The notes: generated by a model not told the origin, from the sequence alone. Shown: positions 45,891-57,511, counted from the first letter of the stretch. The stretch: 64,000 bases of DNA from Methylotenera sp. (GCA_009693255.1 SHXQ01000008.1:556-64555), one strand, 5' to 3'. Numbers and translations: made by a program.

Positions 45891-46614
45891 TTAACACCTC
45901 AATTTGTTTAGCGATGAGTTGCGTAATGCCCAGAGTCGCTAAATCCAGCATGGCATTCATAGCATCGCGACTAAAGGGTTCGCCTTCAGCGGTGCCTTGA
46001 ATCTCCACAAAACCACCGTCAGCGGTCATCACTACATTCATGTCAGTGTCACAATCAGAATCTTCAATATAGTCTAAATCCAGTACCGCTTGGCCTTTGT
46101 AAACGCCTACTGATATTGCTGCAATGCCTTGTTTCAGCGGATTTTCAGAAATTTTCCCGCTGGTTAATAAGGTGGAAATTGCGTCATGTAGCGCAACATA
46201 CGCACCGGTAATGCTAGCGGTACGTGTGCCGCCATCCGCTTGAATAACGTCACAATCAATCTGAATGCTACGCTCGCCAAGTTTCTCTAAATCAATAATC
46301 GCCCGTAGTGAACGGCCAATTAAGCGTTGAATTTCTTGTGTGCGCCCAGATTGCTTGCCTTTAGCGGCCTCTCTATCCATGCGACTACCGGTTGAGCGCG
46401 GCAACATGCCGTATTCTGCGGTTACCCAACCCTGCCCTTTGCCTTTTAAAAAGCCGGGTACGCGCTCTTCTACGCTGGCGGTACATAATACGTGGGTATC
46501 ACCAAATTTCACCAGCACTGAACCTTCGGCGTGCTTGGTATAATGGCGAATAATTTCAACATTGCGTAATTGATGGTGGGTACGTTGACTTGGTCTGCTA
46601 TTGCTGGCTTGCAT
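45883..46614 (-). CDS. rph: Ribonuclease PH
   Basis: [23 protein letters not shown]. Confidence 0.98.
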   Translation of the reverse strand: MQASNSRPSQRTHHQLRNVEIIRHYTKHAEGSVLVKFGDTHVLCTASVEERVPGFLKGKGQGWVTAEYGMLPRSTGSRMDREAAKGKQSGRTQEIQRLIGRSLRAIIDLEKLGERSIQIDCDVIQADGGTRTASITGAYVALHDAISTLLTSGKISENPLKQGIAAISVGVYKGQAVLDLDYIEDSDCDTDMNVVMTADGGFVEIQGTAEGEPFSRDAMNAMLDLATLGITQLIAKQIEVLSA

Positions 46615-46831
46615 GCGGCTAATCCTAATGGGTTAATTTCGTTTGGTTTTTGTCAGGCTTGTGACATTAAGTATAATTGATCTTAATCTCACGCTCAGAC
46701 TTAGTGCTTAGTCAGCAATATAACGCGGAATTGATTGTAACTAAAGTGATTCATAGTAATTTCGGCATAAAGCAGCAGGTATTTGACAGTAGTTCACCCC
46801 AGTTTTAAGGGCATTCATTAGGATATAGATT

Positions 46832-47698
46832 ATGACTTTCAGTATGACAGGCTTCGCAGCGCTAGAACAAGCCTCAGGTAACGCCACCTTGTTGTTGGAA
46901 TTACGCGCCGTCAATAGCCGCTATTTAGACCTGCACTTTAAGCTGGATGAAAACTTAAGGAGCTTAGAGCCCAGCATACGGGAGCTTATCGGGGCACAAT
47001 TAAGCCGTGGAAAGATTGAATGCAAGGTCAATTTAATCCAGCGCGTGCCATCTAACCAAGCGGCGCAATTAGACGAAAATGTAATGCAGCAATTAGCCGC
47101 AATGCAAACCAAAGCGCGTGCGCATTTTCCACAAAGCCGTGAACTCAGTGTGGCAGATATATTGCGCTGGCCAGGCGTGGTGTTAAGTGAGGCATTAAGT
47201 GATAGCACGTTGTTGGAGGATGTCAAAAAGTTAGTTACAGAAGGGTTGCAAGCGCTGAATGATTCACGTGCGCGCGAGGGCGAGAAACTTAAAGCGTTGG
47301 TGTTAGAGCGGCTTAGCCAAATTGAAGTTTTAGTCGAAAAAGTTAAACCGCTTTTGCCCGCCTTGACTAAAGACTATCAGGCTAAATTAGAGGCCAAGCT
47401 GCATGAAACCTTGAAGAACATAGATCAAGAACGTATCGCGCAAGAGCTGGTGCTATTTGCTCAGCGTATTGACGTGGATGAAGAGCTTACTCGGCTAACG
47501 GCTCATGTGAGTGAAGTAAAGCGCATATTGAGTAGCAGCGCCCCCGCAGGTAAGCGCTTAGATTTTTTGATGCAAGAGCTAAATCGAGAAGCCAATACGC
47601 TGGGCTCAAAATCTGTTTCAGTGCAAACGACGCAAGTGTCGATAGCGCTAAAAGTGTTGATTGAACAGATGCGGGAACAAATCCAGAATATTGAATAG
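46832..47698 (+). CDS. yicC: YicC family endoribonuclease
   Basis: SMTGF, GKRLDFLMQELNREANTLGSK, EQIQNIE. Confidence 0.96.
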   Translation: MTFSMTGFAALEQASGNATLLLELRAVNSRYLDLHFKLDENLRSLEPSIRELIGAQLSRGKIECKVNLIQRVPSNQAAQLDENVMQQLAAMQTKARAHFPQSRELSVADILRWPGVVLSEALSDSTLLEDVKKLVTEGLQALNDSRAREGEKLKALVLERLSQIEVLVEKVKPLLPALTKDYQAKLEAKLHETLKNIDQERIAQELVLFAQRIDVDEELTRLTAHVSEVKRILSSSAPAGKRLDFLMQELNREANTLGSKSVSVQTTQVSIALKVLIEQMREQIQNIE

Positions 47699-47739
47699 CA
47701 ATGCATCTCAATAAGCTCAATTTATAATAGAATGGACGC

Positions 47740-48351
47740 ATGACTAACGGTAACCTTTTTATTGTCACCGCAGCCTCAGGCGCGGGTAAAACCAGCCTGA
47801 TTAAAGCTTTGTTGACAGAAGATGAGCATTTAAAACTGTCCATTTCTCACACGACGCGCAAGCCTAGGCTTGGTGAAATTGACGGTGTGGATTATCACTT
47901 TGTAGACGATGCCACATTTTTGGCGATGCTAGGCGACGCTAAATTCTTGGAAAGTGCTGAGGTGCATGGCGCACGCTACGGCACTTCACAATCGGCGGTT
48001 GAAGCGCCATTGCAAGTAGGCTTTGATGTCATGTTGGAAATAGATTGGCAAGGGGCAGCGCAAGTACGGCATTTGTATCCAAAAGCGATTAGCATTTTTG
48101 TGTTACCACCATCAATAGACACCTTGGCGCGTAGACTTAATAGCCGCGGTCAAGATAGTGCGGAAGTCATCGCAAAGCGAGTTGCTGCGGCGCGGACAGA
48201 AATGCGCCACGTGGGTGAGTTTGATTATGTTACAATCAATGATGATTTTAATGTGGCCTTGCAAGATATTCGTGCAATTGTTCGTACACAACGGCTTGCA
48301 GGTTCAGCGCAACTGCAGCGCTATGCTAATTTGATTCAAACACTCACTTAA
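47740..48351 (+). CDS. gmk: Guanylate kinase
   Basis: SGAGKTS, SHTTRKPR..E.DGVDYHF. Confidence 0.98.
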   Translation: MTNGNLFIVTAASGAGKTSLIKALLTEDEHLKLSISHTTRKPRLGEIDGVDYHFVDDATFLAMLGDAKFLESAEVHGARYGTSQSAVEAPLQVGFDVMLEIDWQGAAQVRHLYPKAISIFVLPPSIDTLARRLNSRGQDSAEVIAKRVAAARTEMRHVGEFDYVTINDDFNVALQDIRAIVRTQRLAGSAQLQRYANLIQTLT

Positions 48352-48414
48352 TTTAAGCTAACGCTTTTGTTTTAGCTCACCCTTTATTTTTAGCTCACAA
48401 CAGGAAACACCATC

Positions 48415-48621
48415 ATGGCACGTATTACGGTAGATGATTGCTTAGACAAAATCCCAAATCGCTTTCAACTGACATTAGTGGCCGCTTATCGCGCACGTCA
48501 ATTGCATAACGGCGCTGAACCATTGATCAATGTGCAAGGTTTGCGTGATAAATCAACGGTACTCGCTTTGCGTGAAATTGCCGCTGGTAAAGTCGGCGTG
48601 GAAATTTTAAGCCGCGGTTAA
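48415..48621 (+). CDS. rpoZ: RNA polymerase omega subunit
   Basis: [22 protein letters not shown]. Confidence 0.98.
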   Translation: MARITVDDCLDKIPNRFQLTLVAAYRARQLHNGAEPLINVQGLRDKSTVLALREIAAGKVGVEILSRG

Positions 48622-48652
48622 TCCTTGTTTTTAGACGAGTAGTGAAAATGTC

Positions 48653-50935
48653 ATGCCTAAAACCGCAAACCATCATAAAGCGGAATTATCAAAGCCTATT
48701 TCAGCCAACTTAGGTTCGGCCCCCTCGCTGCCCGCGGACAGCGAGGATTCTGCCTTAAGTTTACGGCTTAAACAATACCTCAAACCTCAAGATATAGCCC
48801 AAGTCTGGGAGGCGTATCGCTATGCTTACCATGCCCATGAAGGCGTGGTGCGTAAAACAGGTGAGCCTTATATTACGCATCCAGTAGCTGTCGCCTGTGT
48901 ATTGGCCGATTTACATATGGACGTGCCAACGCTCTTGGCCGCACTGCTACATGATGTGGTGGAAGATACGGATATCACCACGCAGGATATTAAGGAAAAA
49001 TTTGGCCGGCAAGTGGCCGAATTGGTTGATGGCGTTACCAAGTTAGATAGAATAGAGTTTCAGAGCGCTAGCGTTGCGCAGGCGGAAAATTTCCGAAAAA
49101 TGCTACTGGCTATGTCGCAAGACGTGCGGGTAATTTTAGTGAAATTGGCTGACAGATTACATAATATGCAAACGCTAGGTGCGATGAAACCTGCGAAACA
49201 AAAGCTGATTGCTAAAGAAACACTTGATATTTACGCGCCAATTGCTAATCGCTTAGGCCTTAATACAATCTATCAAGAGCTTGAAGACTTGAGTTTCCAG
49301 TACCTGCATCCAATGCGCCATAGTGCTATTTCAAATGCCGTTAAGGCTACCCGTGGCAATCGCAAAGAAGTGGTTAGCAAGACACTTGAATCGATCAAAC
49401 ATCAGCTTACGGGCATGCACATTGCTGCCGAAGTTTCTGGCCGAGAAAAACATCTTTTCAGCATTTACAAGAAGATGAGCGGAAAAACAACAGCATTCTC
49501 GCAAATTTACGACATTTACGGGTTTCGTGTGGTGGTTAAAGATTTAAGCAGTTGTTATGTCGCTTTAGGCGCTTTGCATGCGCTTTATAAGCCTATCACT
49601 AGTAAATTTAAAGATTATATTGCGATTCCCAAGGCGAACGGTTATCAATCTTTACATACCACCCTATTCGGTCCTTTCGGTACGCCAATTGAGGTGCAAA
49701 TCCGTAGTGCTGAAATGCACAATATTGCCGATGCTGGCGTAGCTGCACACTGGTTGTATAAATCCAACGATGCGCAGTTAACCGCATTACAACAAAAAAC
49801 GCATCAATGGTTACAGCGCTTGTTAGAGATTCAAAGCGAAAGCGCGGATTCTTTAGATTTTCTTGAGCATCTAAAAATTGATTTATTCCCAGATGAAGTC
49901 TATGTATTTACCCCCAAAAGTAAAATATTAGCTTTACCTAAAGGCGCAACGGCGGTAGATTTCGCCTATGCGGTGCATTCAGACATCGGTAACAGTTGTG
50001 TCGCGGTTCGCATTAATCAAGATTTAGCACCGCTACGCACAGAGTTACACAATGGTGACCATGTTGAAATCATCACGGGTTCGCTGGCAAAACCTAATCC
50101 AGCTTGGCTTAACTATGTGGTAACAGGCCGGGCACGGGCACATATACGACATTTTCTAAAGTCGCAACAATCCACAGAGTCAGCACACTTGGGTGAGCGC
50201 ATGCTGAATCAAGCTTTACGTGCTTTGCATGTAGAACCTGGTCAAATTACAGACGCACATTGGCAAAAGCTTATTCGTGATTATGGGCTTAAAAAGAAAT
50301 CTGAAATTTTGACGGACATTGGTTTAGGTAAGCGTCAAAATGTCATGGTGGCGCATCAGCTATTGGCCATGGGCGAGGTGCAAGAAGAGTCGTCCGAGGG
50401 AACAATAGGCAAGTTCTTAGGCAAAATTTTTGGAAAAACGACTAAACCATTAGACACCATTACCATCCGCGGCTCTGAAGGCATGGCAGTGCAGTTTGCG
50501 CAGTGTTGTCGCCCAATCCCTGGCGACCCAATTCTAGGATTTATCAATAAAGATAAAGGCTTGGTGGTGCATACGCATGATTGCCCGGCGATACGCAAGT
50601 TTCGTTTAGATCCAGACAAATGGCTAGATGTAGAATGGGAGCCAGATAGTCAGCGCCTATACAAAACCAACCTCAATTTAACGGTGGCAAATCAACCAGG
50701 TATGCTGGCAAAAATCGCTACTGGCATCGCGGATGCAGGCTCTAACATTGACAATGTGAGTGTAGAAGAAGCGGATGGTAGTAGTTATGCCAACCTTTAC
50801 TTCACTGTGCAAGTTAGAAATCGCATCCATTTGGCCGAGCTGGTGCGAAGCTTACGCAAAATACCTGATGTGGTGCGGATTAACCGCACTAAAGGTAATT
50901 TGGCGGCTAGCGATACTAAAAAGTATTCTCAATAG
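48653..50935 (+). CDS. spoT: (p)ppGpp synthetase/hydrolase
   Basis: HDVVED hydrolase motif, NGYQSLHT, TGS and ACT domains. Confidence 0.98.
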   Translation: MPKTANHHKAELSKPISANLGSAPSLPADSEDSALSLRLKQYLKPQDIAQVWEAYRYAYHAHEGVVRKTGEPYITHPVAVACVLADLHMDVPTLLAALLHDVVEDTDITTQDIKEKFGRQVAELVDGVTKLDRIEFQSASVAQAENFRKMLLAMSQDVRVILVKLADRLHNMQTLGAMKPAKQKLIAKETLDIYAPIANRLGLNTIYQELEDLSFQYLHPMRHSAISNAVKATRGNRKEVVSKTLESIKHQLTGMHIAAEVSGREKHLFSIYKKMSGKTTAFSQIYDIYGFRVVVKDLSSCYVALGALHALYKPITSKFKDYIAIPKANGYQSLHTTLFGPFGTPIEVQIRSAEMHNIADAGVAAHWLYKSNDAQLTALQQKTHQWLQRLLEIQSESADSLDFLEHLKIDLFPDEVYVFTPKSKILALPKGATAVDFAYAVHSDIGNSCVAVRINQDLAPLRTELHNGDHVEIITGSLAKPNPAWLNYVVTGRARAHIRHFLKSQQSTESAHLGERMLNQALRALHVEPGQITDAHWQKLIRDYGLKKKSEILTDIGLGKRQNVMVAHQLLAMGEVQEESSEGTIGKFLGKIFGKTTKPLDTITIRGSEGMAVQFAQCCRPIPGDPILGFINKDKGLVVHTHDCPAIRKFRLDPDKWLDVEWEPDSQRLYKTNLNLTVANQPGMLAKIATGIADAGSNIDNVSVEEADGSSYANLYFTVQVRNRIHLAELVRSLRKIPDVVRINRTKGNLAASDTKKYSQ

Positions 50936-50993
50936 TGCCGCATGATTAAGTCGTTCAATGTAGGGCCGCCAGCACAAATTCTGATGCGTTAGC

Positions 50994-53060
50994 ATGAGCA
51001 CTCTTTCCGAAATCAAGACTTTTAGCAAGCCGCTTATTGCCAACCTAAACAAGTTAGGGATCAATACGGTGCCAGCTTTATTGTTGCATTTACCTTTGCG
51101 CTACATTGATGAAACCCACTTGACAGCCGTACGTGATTTACGGGTTGGCGAGGCGGCGCAAGTTGAGGGTGAAATTGTGCATACAGAAGTCAGTTATCAG
51201 CCACGGAAAGCTCTCATTACAAGACTTGCAGAGGCTAGCGGCCAGCTGACTCTGCGATTTTTACATTTTTACCCTAGTCAAATTGCGGCGCTTAAAGTGG
51301 GTAATCAGTTAAGGGTGTATGGGGAAGTGCGTAGTGGTTTTTTTGGTTATGAAATGGTGCACCCTAGCTGTAAAGTGGTGGGTGAAAAAACAGTGATGGC
51401 AGAAACCTTAACGCCTATTTATCCTAGCGTGGCAGGGCTTACCCAAGCAAGTTTACGCAAAGCCATCGCGACGGCATTAAACCTAGTCAACATACACCCA
51501 TCCGCACCCCGAGAGTACCTAGATGAAACTTTGCCAGAAAGCGTATACCAGCCGTTTCAATTTCCAAGTTTTTTCGCAGCGATAAAAGCTTTACACAACC
51601 CGTCAGTAGATGCGGATTTACAGGGCCTAGAAAACAAAACCACGCCAGCATGGCGTCGCCTTGCCTTTGATGAACTGCTCGCGCAACAGTTATCGATGCG
51701 TAAACATTACGCACACCGCCGCAGTGTAGATGCGCCGCAATTTCAGCCTTCTAAACAATTAGTTTCAGCTTTACTCAAGAGCTTGCCATTCGCGCTAACG
51801 CAAGCACAACAAAAAGTGGCGATAGAGATTGAGCGTGATTTAGCCCAGCCACATCCCATGCAGCGTTTATTACAAGGCGATGTCGGCAGCGGTAAAACCA
51901 TCGTAGCGTGTATGGCGGCACTGCAAAGTATAGAAAGTGGCTGGCAAGTTGCGTTGATGGCGCCTACAGAGATTTTGGCCGAACAGCATTATCGAAAAAT
52001 GCTGCTATGGTTAAGGCCGCTCAACATTCAAGTCGCGTGGCTTACGGGAGGCCAGTCTAAAAAAGACCGCGCGCTAGCAATGCAGAGCATCTCGAATGGT
52101 AGCGCGCAGCTCATCATAGGTACGCACGCCTTGTTCCAAGACGCGGTACAGTTTAAAAAACTAGGATTGGCGATTATCGATGAGCAGCATCGTTTCGGGG
52201 TCCAGCAACGTTTAGCGCTGCGAAAAAAAGGCCAACCAGAGCCGCATCAGTTGATGATGACTGCAACACCTATTCCGCGTACTTTATCCATGAGTTATTA
52301 CGCCGATTTAGATGTTTCAGTGATTGATGCGTTGCCACCAGGTCGCACGCCGATTCTGACTAAGCTGGTGTCAGATGGCCGTCGCGATGAAATTTTACAG
52401 CGTGTACGAGAGTCTTGTGCACAAGGATATCAAGCCTATTGGGTGTGCCCATTGATTGAAGAGTCTGAAGCCCTGCAATTAGCGACTGCGAACGACACTT
52501 ACGCGTTAATGCAGAACGAATTCCCAGAGTTACGCGTAGGGCTAGTGCATGGCCGCATGAAGCCGGCAGAAAAACAAGCTGTTATGGCGGCGTTTAGCGC
52601 AGGCGAATTACAGTTACTGGTGGCTACCACGGTGATAGAGGTGGGCGTAGATGTGCCTAATGCTAGTTTGATGGTCATAGAGCATGCCGAACGCATGGGC
52701 TTGAGTCAATTGCATCAGTTGCGTGGTCGCGTCGGTCGAGGCGCGGCAAAAAGCACTTGTATTCTGCTCTATCAGCGACAATTATCCGAGACGGCAACAG
52801 CGCGACTAAAAGTGATTTATGAAAGTAACGATGGGTTTGCCATTGCCCAAGCAGACCTGAATCTGCGTGGCCCAGGAGAGTTGTTAGGCCTACGACAAAG
52901 TGGTGTGCCTATGCTAAAAATTGCTGATTTGGATCGAGATGCAGAATTGCTGACACAAGCTAAAGCCATTGCTGATCGGCTAGTCAATGATTGCCCGATG
53001 GAGGTAGAGCGGCATTTGGCTCGATGGCTAGGGCGTGTCGTGGAACTGGTCAAGGTTTAA
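50994..53060 (+). CDS. recG: ATP-dependent DNA helicase RecG
   Basis: QGDVGSGKT, DEQHRFG, QLRGRVGRG. Confidence 0.98.
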   Translation: MSTLSEIKTFSKPLIANLNKLGINTVPALLLHLPLRYIDETHLTAVRDLRVGEAAQVEGEIVHTEVSYQPRKALITRLAEASGQLTLRFLHFYPSQIAALKVGNQLRVYGEVRSGFFGYEMVHPSCKVVGEKTVMAETLTPIYPSVAGLTQASLRKAIATALNLVNIHPSAPREYLDETLPESVYQPFQFPSFFAAIKALHNPSVDADLQGLENKTTPAWRRLAFDELLAQQLSMRKHYAHRRSVDAPQFQPSKQLVSALLKSLPFALTQAQQKVAIEIERDLAQPHPMQRLLQGDVGSGKTIVACMAALQSIESGWQVALMAPTEILAEQHYRKMLLWLRPLNIQVAWLTGGQSKKDRALAMQSISNGSAQLIIGTHALFQDAVQFKKLGLAIIDEQHRFGVQQRLALRKKGQPEPHQLMMTATPIPRTLSMSYYADLDVSVIDALPPGRTPILTKLVSDGRRDEILQRVRESCAQGYQAYWVCPLIEESEALQLATANDTYALMQNEFPELRVGLVHGRMKPAEKQAVMAAFSAGELQLLVATTVIEVGVDVPNASLMVIEHAERMGLSQLHQLRGRVGRGAAKSTCILLYQRQLSETATARLKVIYESNDGFAIAQADLNLRGPGELLGLRQSGVPMLKIADLDRDAELLTQAKAIADRLVNDCPMEVERHLARWLGRVVELVKV

Positions 53061-53165
53061 TGCTCAAGTTTTGCGTCGCTAGCAGTCAGCGTATTTCATT
53101 ATCCGCCCTTGCTAAATATAGCCGTAGCGCTTCATTTTATTGGTTTATGTGTCATAATTTTTGCC

Positions 53166-53729
53166 GTGAAAATCCCTTCTTTAAATAATCACCATGCACA
53201 GCTCAGTAACCGCTCTCATTGGCTTAAAAAACCGATGATGAGTGGCGAATATCATCGATGGTTGATAGATAACGGCTCATTGACGGTGCGATTACAGCAA
53301 AAATACACTGATTTTTTAGTCAAGCCCTTGCTACTGACTTATGCAAAACCTTTTTTGGATGAAGCTGCACCGCTAGCAATCTCGGTGCGCAAAAATGCAC
53401 TGATTCGTGAGGTGACCTTGATGGGTAATCAGCAGGCCATAGTGTTTGCGCATAGTGTGTTGCCGCGCAATAGTTTGTGTGGCCGATGGCTAGGCTTAAG
53501 TCGATTAGGCAGCAAACCCTTAGGTGCCGCCTTATTTGCCAATCCGCAAGTCAGGCGCACGCCTTTAAGTTATAAAAAGCTATCCCCTCAGCATGCCTTA
53601 TATCAGCATGCCACTCAATCGATGCAGGTCAGACCGCTTTGCTTATGGGCGCGACGCTCGGTATTTACTTTGAATTGCGCTAACATTATGGTCACAGAGG
53701 TATTTTTACCGCCATTACTTGCGACATAA
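53166..53729 (+). CDS. ubiC: Chorismate pyruvate-lyase
   Basis: WL.D.GSLT.RL, REV.L, FAHSV, PLG..LF, RRSVF; start uncertain (GTG 53166 vs TTG 53109). Confidence 0.92.
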   Translation: MKIPSLNNHHAQLSNRSHWLKKPMMSGEYHRWLIDNGSLTVRLQQKYTDFLVKPLLLTYAKPFLDEAAPLAISVRKNALIREVTLMGNQQAIVFAHSVLPRNSLCGRWLGLSRLGSKPLGAALFANPQVRRTPLSYKKLSPQHALYQHATQSMQVRPLCLWARRSVFTLNCANIMVTEVFLPPLLAT

Positions 53730-53731
53730 AC

Positions 53732-54598
53732 ATGCAAAAAATGATTAAAAAATTAAACGCCTATGAGCGTCTAATGCGTCTAGATAAGCCTATCGGTATT
53801 TTATTGCTATTGTGGCCGACCTTATGGGCGCTATTCATTGCTGGGCATGGCAAGCCGGACTGGATAATAGGGCTGATATTTGTCACAGGCACAGTGCTCA
53901 TGCGCAGCGCAGGTTGTGTTATGAACGATATAGCGGATAGCCGATACGATGGCTTGGTAATGCGTACGCAACATCGGCCTTTGGTCAGTAATGAAGTGAG
54001 TAAGAAGGAGGCTTATATTGTGGTCGCTATTTTAAGCTTGCTCGCCTTTGGTTTGGTCTGTACGTTAAATATCTTAACGATTAAATTGTCGGGCATTGCG
54101 ATGTTACTTGCAGTCACTTACCCATTTACTAAGCGATTTCTAGCAATTCCACAAGCTTACTTGGGCATTGCATTTGGCTGTGGTATACCTATGGCCTTCG
54201 CTGCTATTTTGGGCTACATTCCGCCTATTGCTTGGATTTTGTTGTTGGCCAATATGTTTTGGGCGATTGCTTATGATACCGAGTATGCCATGGTTGATCG
54301 TGAAGATGATTTAAAAATAGGCATTAAATCATCGGCGATTACATTTGGCCGTTTTGAGGTCATCGCCGTAATGATTTGTTATGCGTTAACACTATTGTTA
54401 CTAGTGATTGCCGGAAAATGGCTGTTATTAGGCGTAGCCTATTACCTAGGTTTAGCGGTAGCCGCAGGCATTGCGAGCTACCATTATCTTCTGATAGTCG
54501 GGCGGGAAAAACCCAATTGCTTTAAGGCATTTCTACACAATAACTGGTTTGGTTTCGTTGTGCTTGCCGGCCTAGTCACACATTATCTTATGCAATAA
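53732..54598 (+). CDS. ubiA: 4-hydroxybenzoate polyprenyltransferase
   Basis: RLDKPIGILLLLWP, NDIAD..YD, YDTEYAMVDREDD. Confidence 0.97.
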   Translation: MQKMIKKLNAYERLMRLDKPIGILLLLWPTLWALFIAGHGKPDWIIGLIFVTGTVLMRSAGCVMNDIADSRYDGLVMRTQHRPLVSNEVSKKEAYIVVAILSLLAFGLVCTLNILTIKLSGIAMLLAVTYPFTKRFLAIPQAYLGIAFGCGIPMAFAAILGYIPPIAWILLLANMFWAIAYDTEYAMVDREDDLKIGIKSSAITFGRFEVIAVMICYALTLLLLVIAGKWLLLGVAYYLGLAVAAGIASYHYLLIVGREKPNCFKAFLHNNWFGFVVLAGLVTHYLMQ

Positions 54599-54599
54599 G

Positions 54600-54848
54600 C
54601 AGACTATTGATTGATCAGATTTTGGCTTGGTTTCGGGTAAATCCCACTCAATATCATTTAACTAAGTTTGTTTTTTGCGCGCTAGGCAATGCTTTAGTTT
54701 TTGTCTTGGATTTACTTTGTAGGCTGGCTTGTGGGGGTTCTAAAAGCGTATCTTTCTCAGTTTCAAGTGCTTCTGTCGGCGCCGTGAGATTTATTTCTTC
54801 CGCAAGAAGCAACTCGTCAATCTCTAGTCTAGGAATTTATCCTAGCAT
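54600..54848 (-). pseudogene. Probable decayed gene remnant
   Basis: MLG*IPRLEIDELLLAEEINL...KTNL, then a frameshifted NDIEWDLPETKPKSDQ; protein-like composition with an internal stop and a shift. Confidence 0.35.
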
Positions 54849-55030
54849 AACCTATGTAATGAGATATAATTGTGATAATTGCTTATACACTAACTGGCTA
54901 TATTTTTAACGTGACATACAGCTAGCGAGTGCCTATGTAGTAATATGGTCAGATTGACCGCAGTTCACCTATATTAAAGTTTGTAAATGATGTGAATTTG
55001 AATAATTCATGAATATGCTCAACATAATGT

Positions 55031-55060
55031 TTGACAAAGTGCTCTGCTTCAGCATAAAAT
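55031..55060 (+). promoter_or_regulatory. Putative sigma70 promoter of rplM-rpsI
   Basis: TTGACA-18 bp-TAAAAT followed by CCGCC. Confidence 0.65.
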
Positions 55061-55099
55061 CCGCCTCTTAATTTTTTTAGCCATAGTATTGATAAGACA

Positions 55100-55528
55100 A
55101 TGAAAACCTTCTCAGCAAAGTCACATGAAGTGAAGCGCGATTGGTTCGTGGTAGATGCCACAGACCTAGTGTTAGGACGTTTAGCCAGCGCAGTCGCACA
55201 CCGTTTACGCGGTAAACATAAAACTATTTATACTCCTCACGTAGATACAGGTGATTATATTGTCGTGATTAACGCCGATAAATTAAAAGTGACTGGTAAT
55301 AAAGCTGACGGTAAGCTTTACCATAGTCACTCTGGCTATCCAGGTGGTATCAGTACAACTACTTTTGCAAAAATGCAAGACCGTTTCCCAGGTCGTGCTT
55401 TAGAAAAAGCAGTAAAAGGCATGTTACCTAAAGGTCCTTTAGGTTATGCAATGATTAAAAAAATGAAAGTTTATGCAGGCGGCACGCATGAGCACGCGGC
55501 ACAACAACCGCAAGAATTGAAAATCTAA
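55100..55528 (+). CDS. rplM: 50S ribosomal protein L13
   Basis: [21 protein letters not shown]. Confidence 0.99.
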   Translation: MKTFSAKSHEVKRDWFVVDATDLVLGRLASAVAHRLRGKHKTIYTPHVDTGDYIVVINADKLKVTGNKADGKLYHSHSGYPGGISTTTFAKMQDRFPGRALEKAVKGMLPKGPLGYAMIKKMKVYAGGTHEHAAQQPQELKI

Positions 55529-55541
55529 GGGTATATAAAAG

Positions 55542-55934
55542 ATGATCGGTAAATATAATTATGGTACAGGCCGCCGCAAAAGTTCAGTAGCGCGCGTGTT
55601 TATGAAGGTTGGTAAAGGCAATATCGTTGTGAACGATAAACCTGTTGATGAGTATTTTTCACGTGTTACTGCACGTATGATTCTACGTCAGCCATTAGAA
55701 CTGACTAACAATCTTGCCAGTTTTGATATTATGGTCAATGTGATCGGTGGCGGTGAGTCTGGCCAAGCTGGCGCAGTACGTCATGGTATTACGCGCGCAT
55801 TGATTGATTTTGATGCAAACTTGAAAAGTGCATTATCACAAGCTGGTTTCGTAACACGTGATGCACGTGAAGTTGAACGTAAAAAAGTTGGTTTCCGCAA
55901 AGCGCGTCGTCGTAAACAATTCTCTAAACGCTAA
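55542..55934 (+). CDS. rpsI: 30S ribosomal protein S9
   Basis: [13 protein letters not shown]-terminal QFSKR. Confidence 0.99.
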   Translation: MIGKYNYGTGRRKSSVARVFMKVGKGNIVVNDKPVDEYFSRVTARMILRQPLELTNNLASFDIMVNVIGGGESGQAGAVRHGITRALIDFDANLKSALSQAGFVTRDAREVERKKVGFRKARRRKQFSKR

Positions 55935-55969
55935 TGCTTCATATGCTTGTGTTTGGCGGTTGAGGAACG

Positions 55970-55995
55970 AAAAGGTCGCTAACGCGGCCTTTTTT
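55970..55995 (+). terminator. Rho-independent terminator after rpsI
   Basis: AAAAGGTCGC-TAAC-GCGGCCTTTTTT. Confidence 0.8.
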
Positions 55996-56056
55996 ATTTT
56001 GGCGACAATTTTAGCGCATAGGGATTTCTGTAGATAAGTTTTGTTATGATGACGCA

Positions 56057-57112
56057 ATGAGCGATAAAAAATTGACTAATAAAAAACTAAAAGTAGCTAT
56101 TGTTGGCGGCACGGGTTACACCGGCGTTGAACTGTTACGTCTGCTGAGTACTCATCCCAATGCCACCCTTACTGTTATTACTTCACGGGGTGACGCTGGA
56201 GTAGCGGTCGCAGATATGTTTCCGAGCTTGCGTGGCTATGTGGATTTGGCATTTACCGACCCAGACAAAGCCCAGTTGAGTGAATGTGATGTGGTGTTTT
56301 TTGCGACCCCTAATGGTATTGCTATGCAACAAGCACGGGCATTGCTCACTCAAGGTGTTCGGGTGATTGACCTTGCTGCCGATTTCCGGATTAAAGATAT
56401 TCCGACTTGGGAAAAATGGTACGGCATGACACATGCCTGCCCAGATTTAGTCGCACAAGCGGTATATGGCTTGCCAGAAATGAATCGGGCAGCCATTAAA
56501 ACTGCTCAGTTAGTAGCGAATCCAGGGTGTTACCCAACAGCGGTGCAATTAGGTTTCATGCCATTGCTAGAGGCTGGTATCGTTGACGTCGATTATTTGA
56601 TTGCCGATGCAAAGTCTGGCGTTAGCGGCGCCGGACGCAAGGCAGAAATTCCTAGTTTATTTGCCGAAGCGGCAGATAACTTTAAAGCCTATGCTGTGAA
56701 TGGGCATAGGCATTTGCCAGAAATCAGCCAAGGCCTAACGACTATGGCCAATGTTAACGTTGGCCTCACTTTTGTGCCGCATTTAACACCATTGATCCGT
56801 GGTATTCATACCACCCTATATGCTAAGTTAACTCAACCTACTGATTTACAAGCTTTGTATGAAGGGCGCTATGCCGATGAGCGGTTTGTCGATGTGTTGC
56901 CAAGTGGCGCACACCCAGAAACACGGTCAGTGCGGGGTTCTAATGTTTGTCGAATCGCAGTACATCAGCCCCAAGATAGCGATATGGTGGTTATCCTGTC
57001 GGTCATTGATAATTTGGTTAAAGGTGCGGCGGGACAGGCCGTGCAAAACATGAATATTATGTTTGGCTTAGCTGAAAATACCGGACTCGAAGTTGTTCCG
57101 CTTTTGCCTTAA
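56057..57112 (+). CDS. argC: N-acetyl-gamma-glutamyl-phosphate reductase
   Basis: [26 protein letters not shown]. Confidence 0.98.
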   Translation: MSDKKLTNKKLKVAIVGGTGYTGVELLRLLSTHPNATLTVITSRGDAGVAVADMFPSLRGYVDLAFTDPDKAQLSECDVVFFATPNGIAMQQARALLTQGVRVIDLAADFRIKDIPTWEKWYGMTHACPDLVAQAVYGLPEMNRAAIKTAQLVANPGCYPTAVQLGFMPLLEAGIVDVDYLIADAKSGVSGAGRKAEIPSLFAEAADNFKAYAVNGHRHLPEISQGLTTMANVNVGLTFVPHLTPLIRGIHTTLYAKLTQPTDLQALYEGRYADERFVDVLPSGAHPETRSVRGSNVCRIAVHQPQDSDMVVILSVIDNLVKGAAGQAVQNMNIMFGLAENTGLEVVPLLP

Positions 57113-57130
57113 GCTCGGCTGACAAAGATA

Positions 57131-57511
57131 ATGAAGCCAGTAAGAAGAAAAATTCGTAGGCATTTTGGCTTAACAGCTAAGCAAGTGGCTGTTCGCTCGC
57201 AACGCCCATGGTATTTTCAGTGGGCAGTTTCTGCCGTATTTATTGCGGTGGGCTATTTTGCCGCATACTGGCAATTTTCTGGTAGTGAAACTTTAGGTAA
57301 GAAGTTGGGCGAACAGCTAAAGCAAGTGGGCTCTGAAAATCAAAGCTTACAGACCAAGATCATCCAGGTAGAGCGCCAACTGCAAATAGAGCAAGCCGCA
57401 CAAAATAATCTTGATAAAGAGTTGAATCTTGTGCAAGATGAGAATATAAAAATTAAAGAAGATTTGTTGTTTTATAAAAATATGGTGGCTAGTAAGAGGC
57501 GCTTTAAGTAA
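57131..57511 (+). CDS. Hypothetical membrane-anchored coiled-coil protein (DUF6776-like, short)
   Basis: Basic N-terminus, PWY plus TM helix, coiled coil; usual argC-bactofilin slot. Confidence 0.7.
   Translation: MKPVRRKIRRHFGLTAKQVAVRSQRPWYFQWAVSAVFIAVGYFAAYWQFSGSETLGKKLGEQLKQVGSENQSLQTKIIQVERQLQIEQAAQNNLDKELNLVQDENIKIKEDLLFYKNMVASKRRFK

Noticed and set aside
54607-54909. 100-aa + strand ORF
   Set aside because: TTG start without SD and atypical composition; the minus-strand relic is more protein-like.
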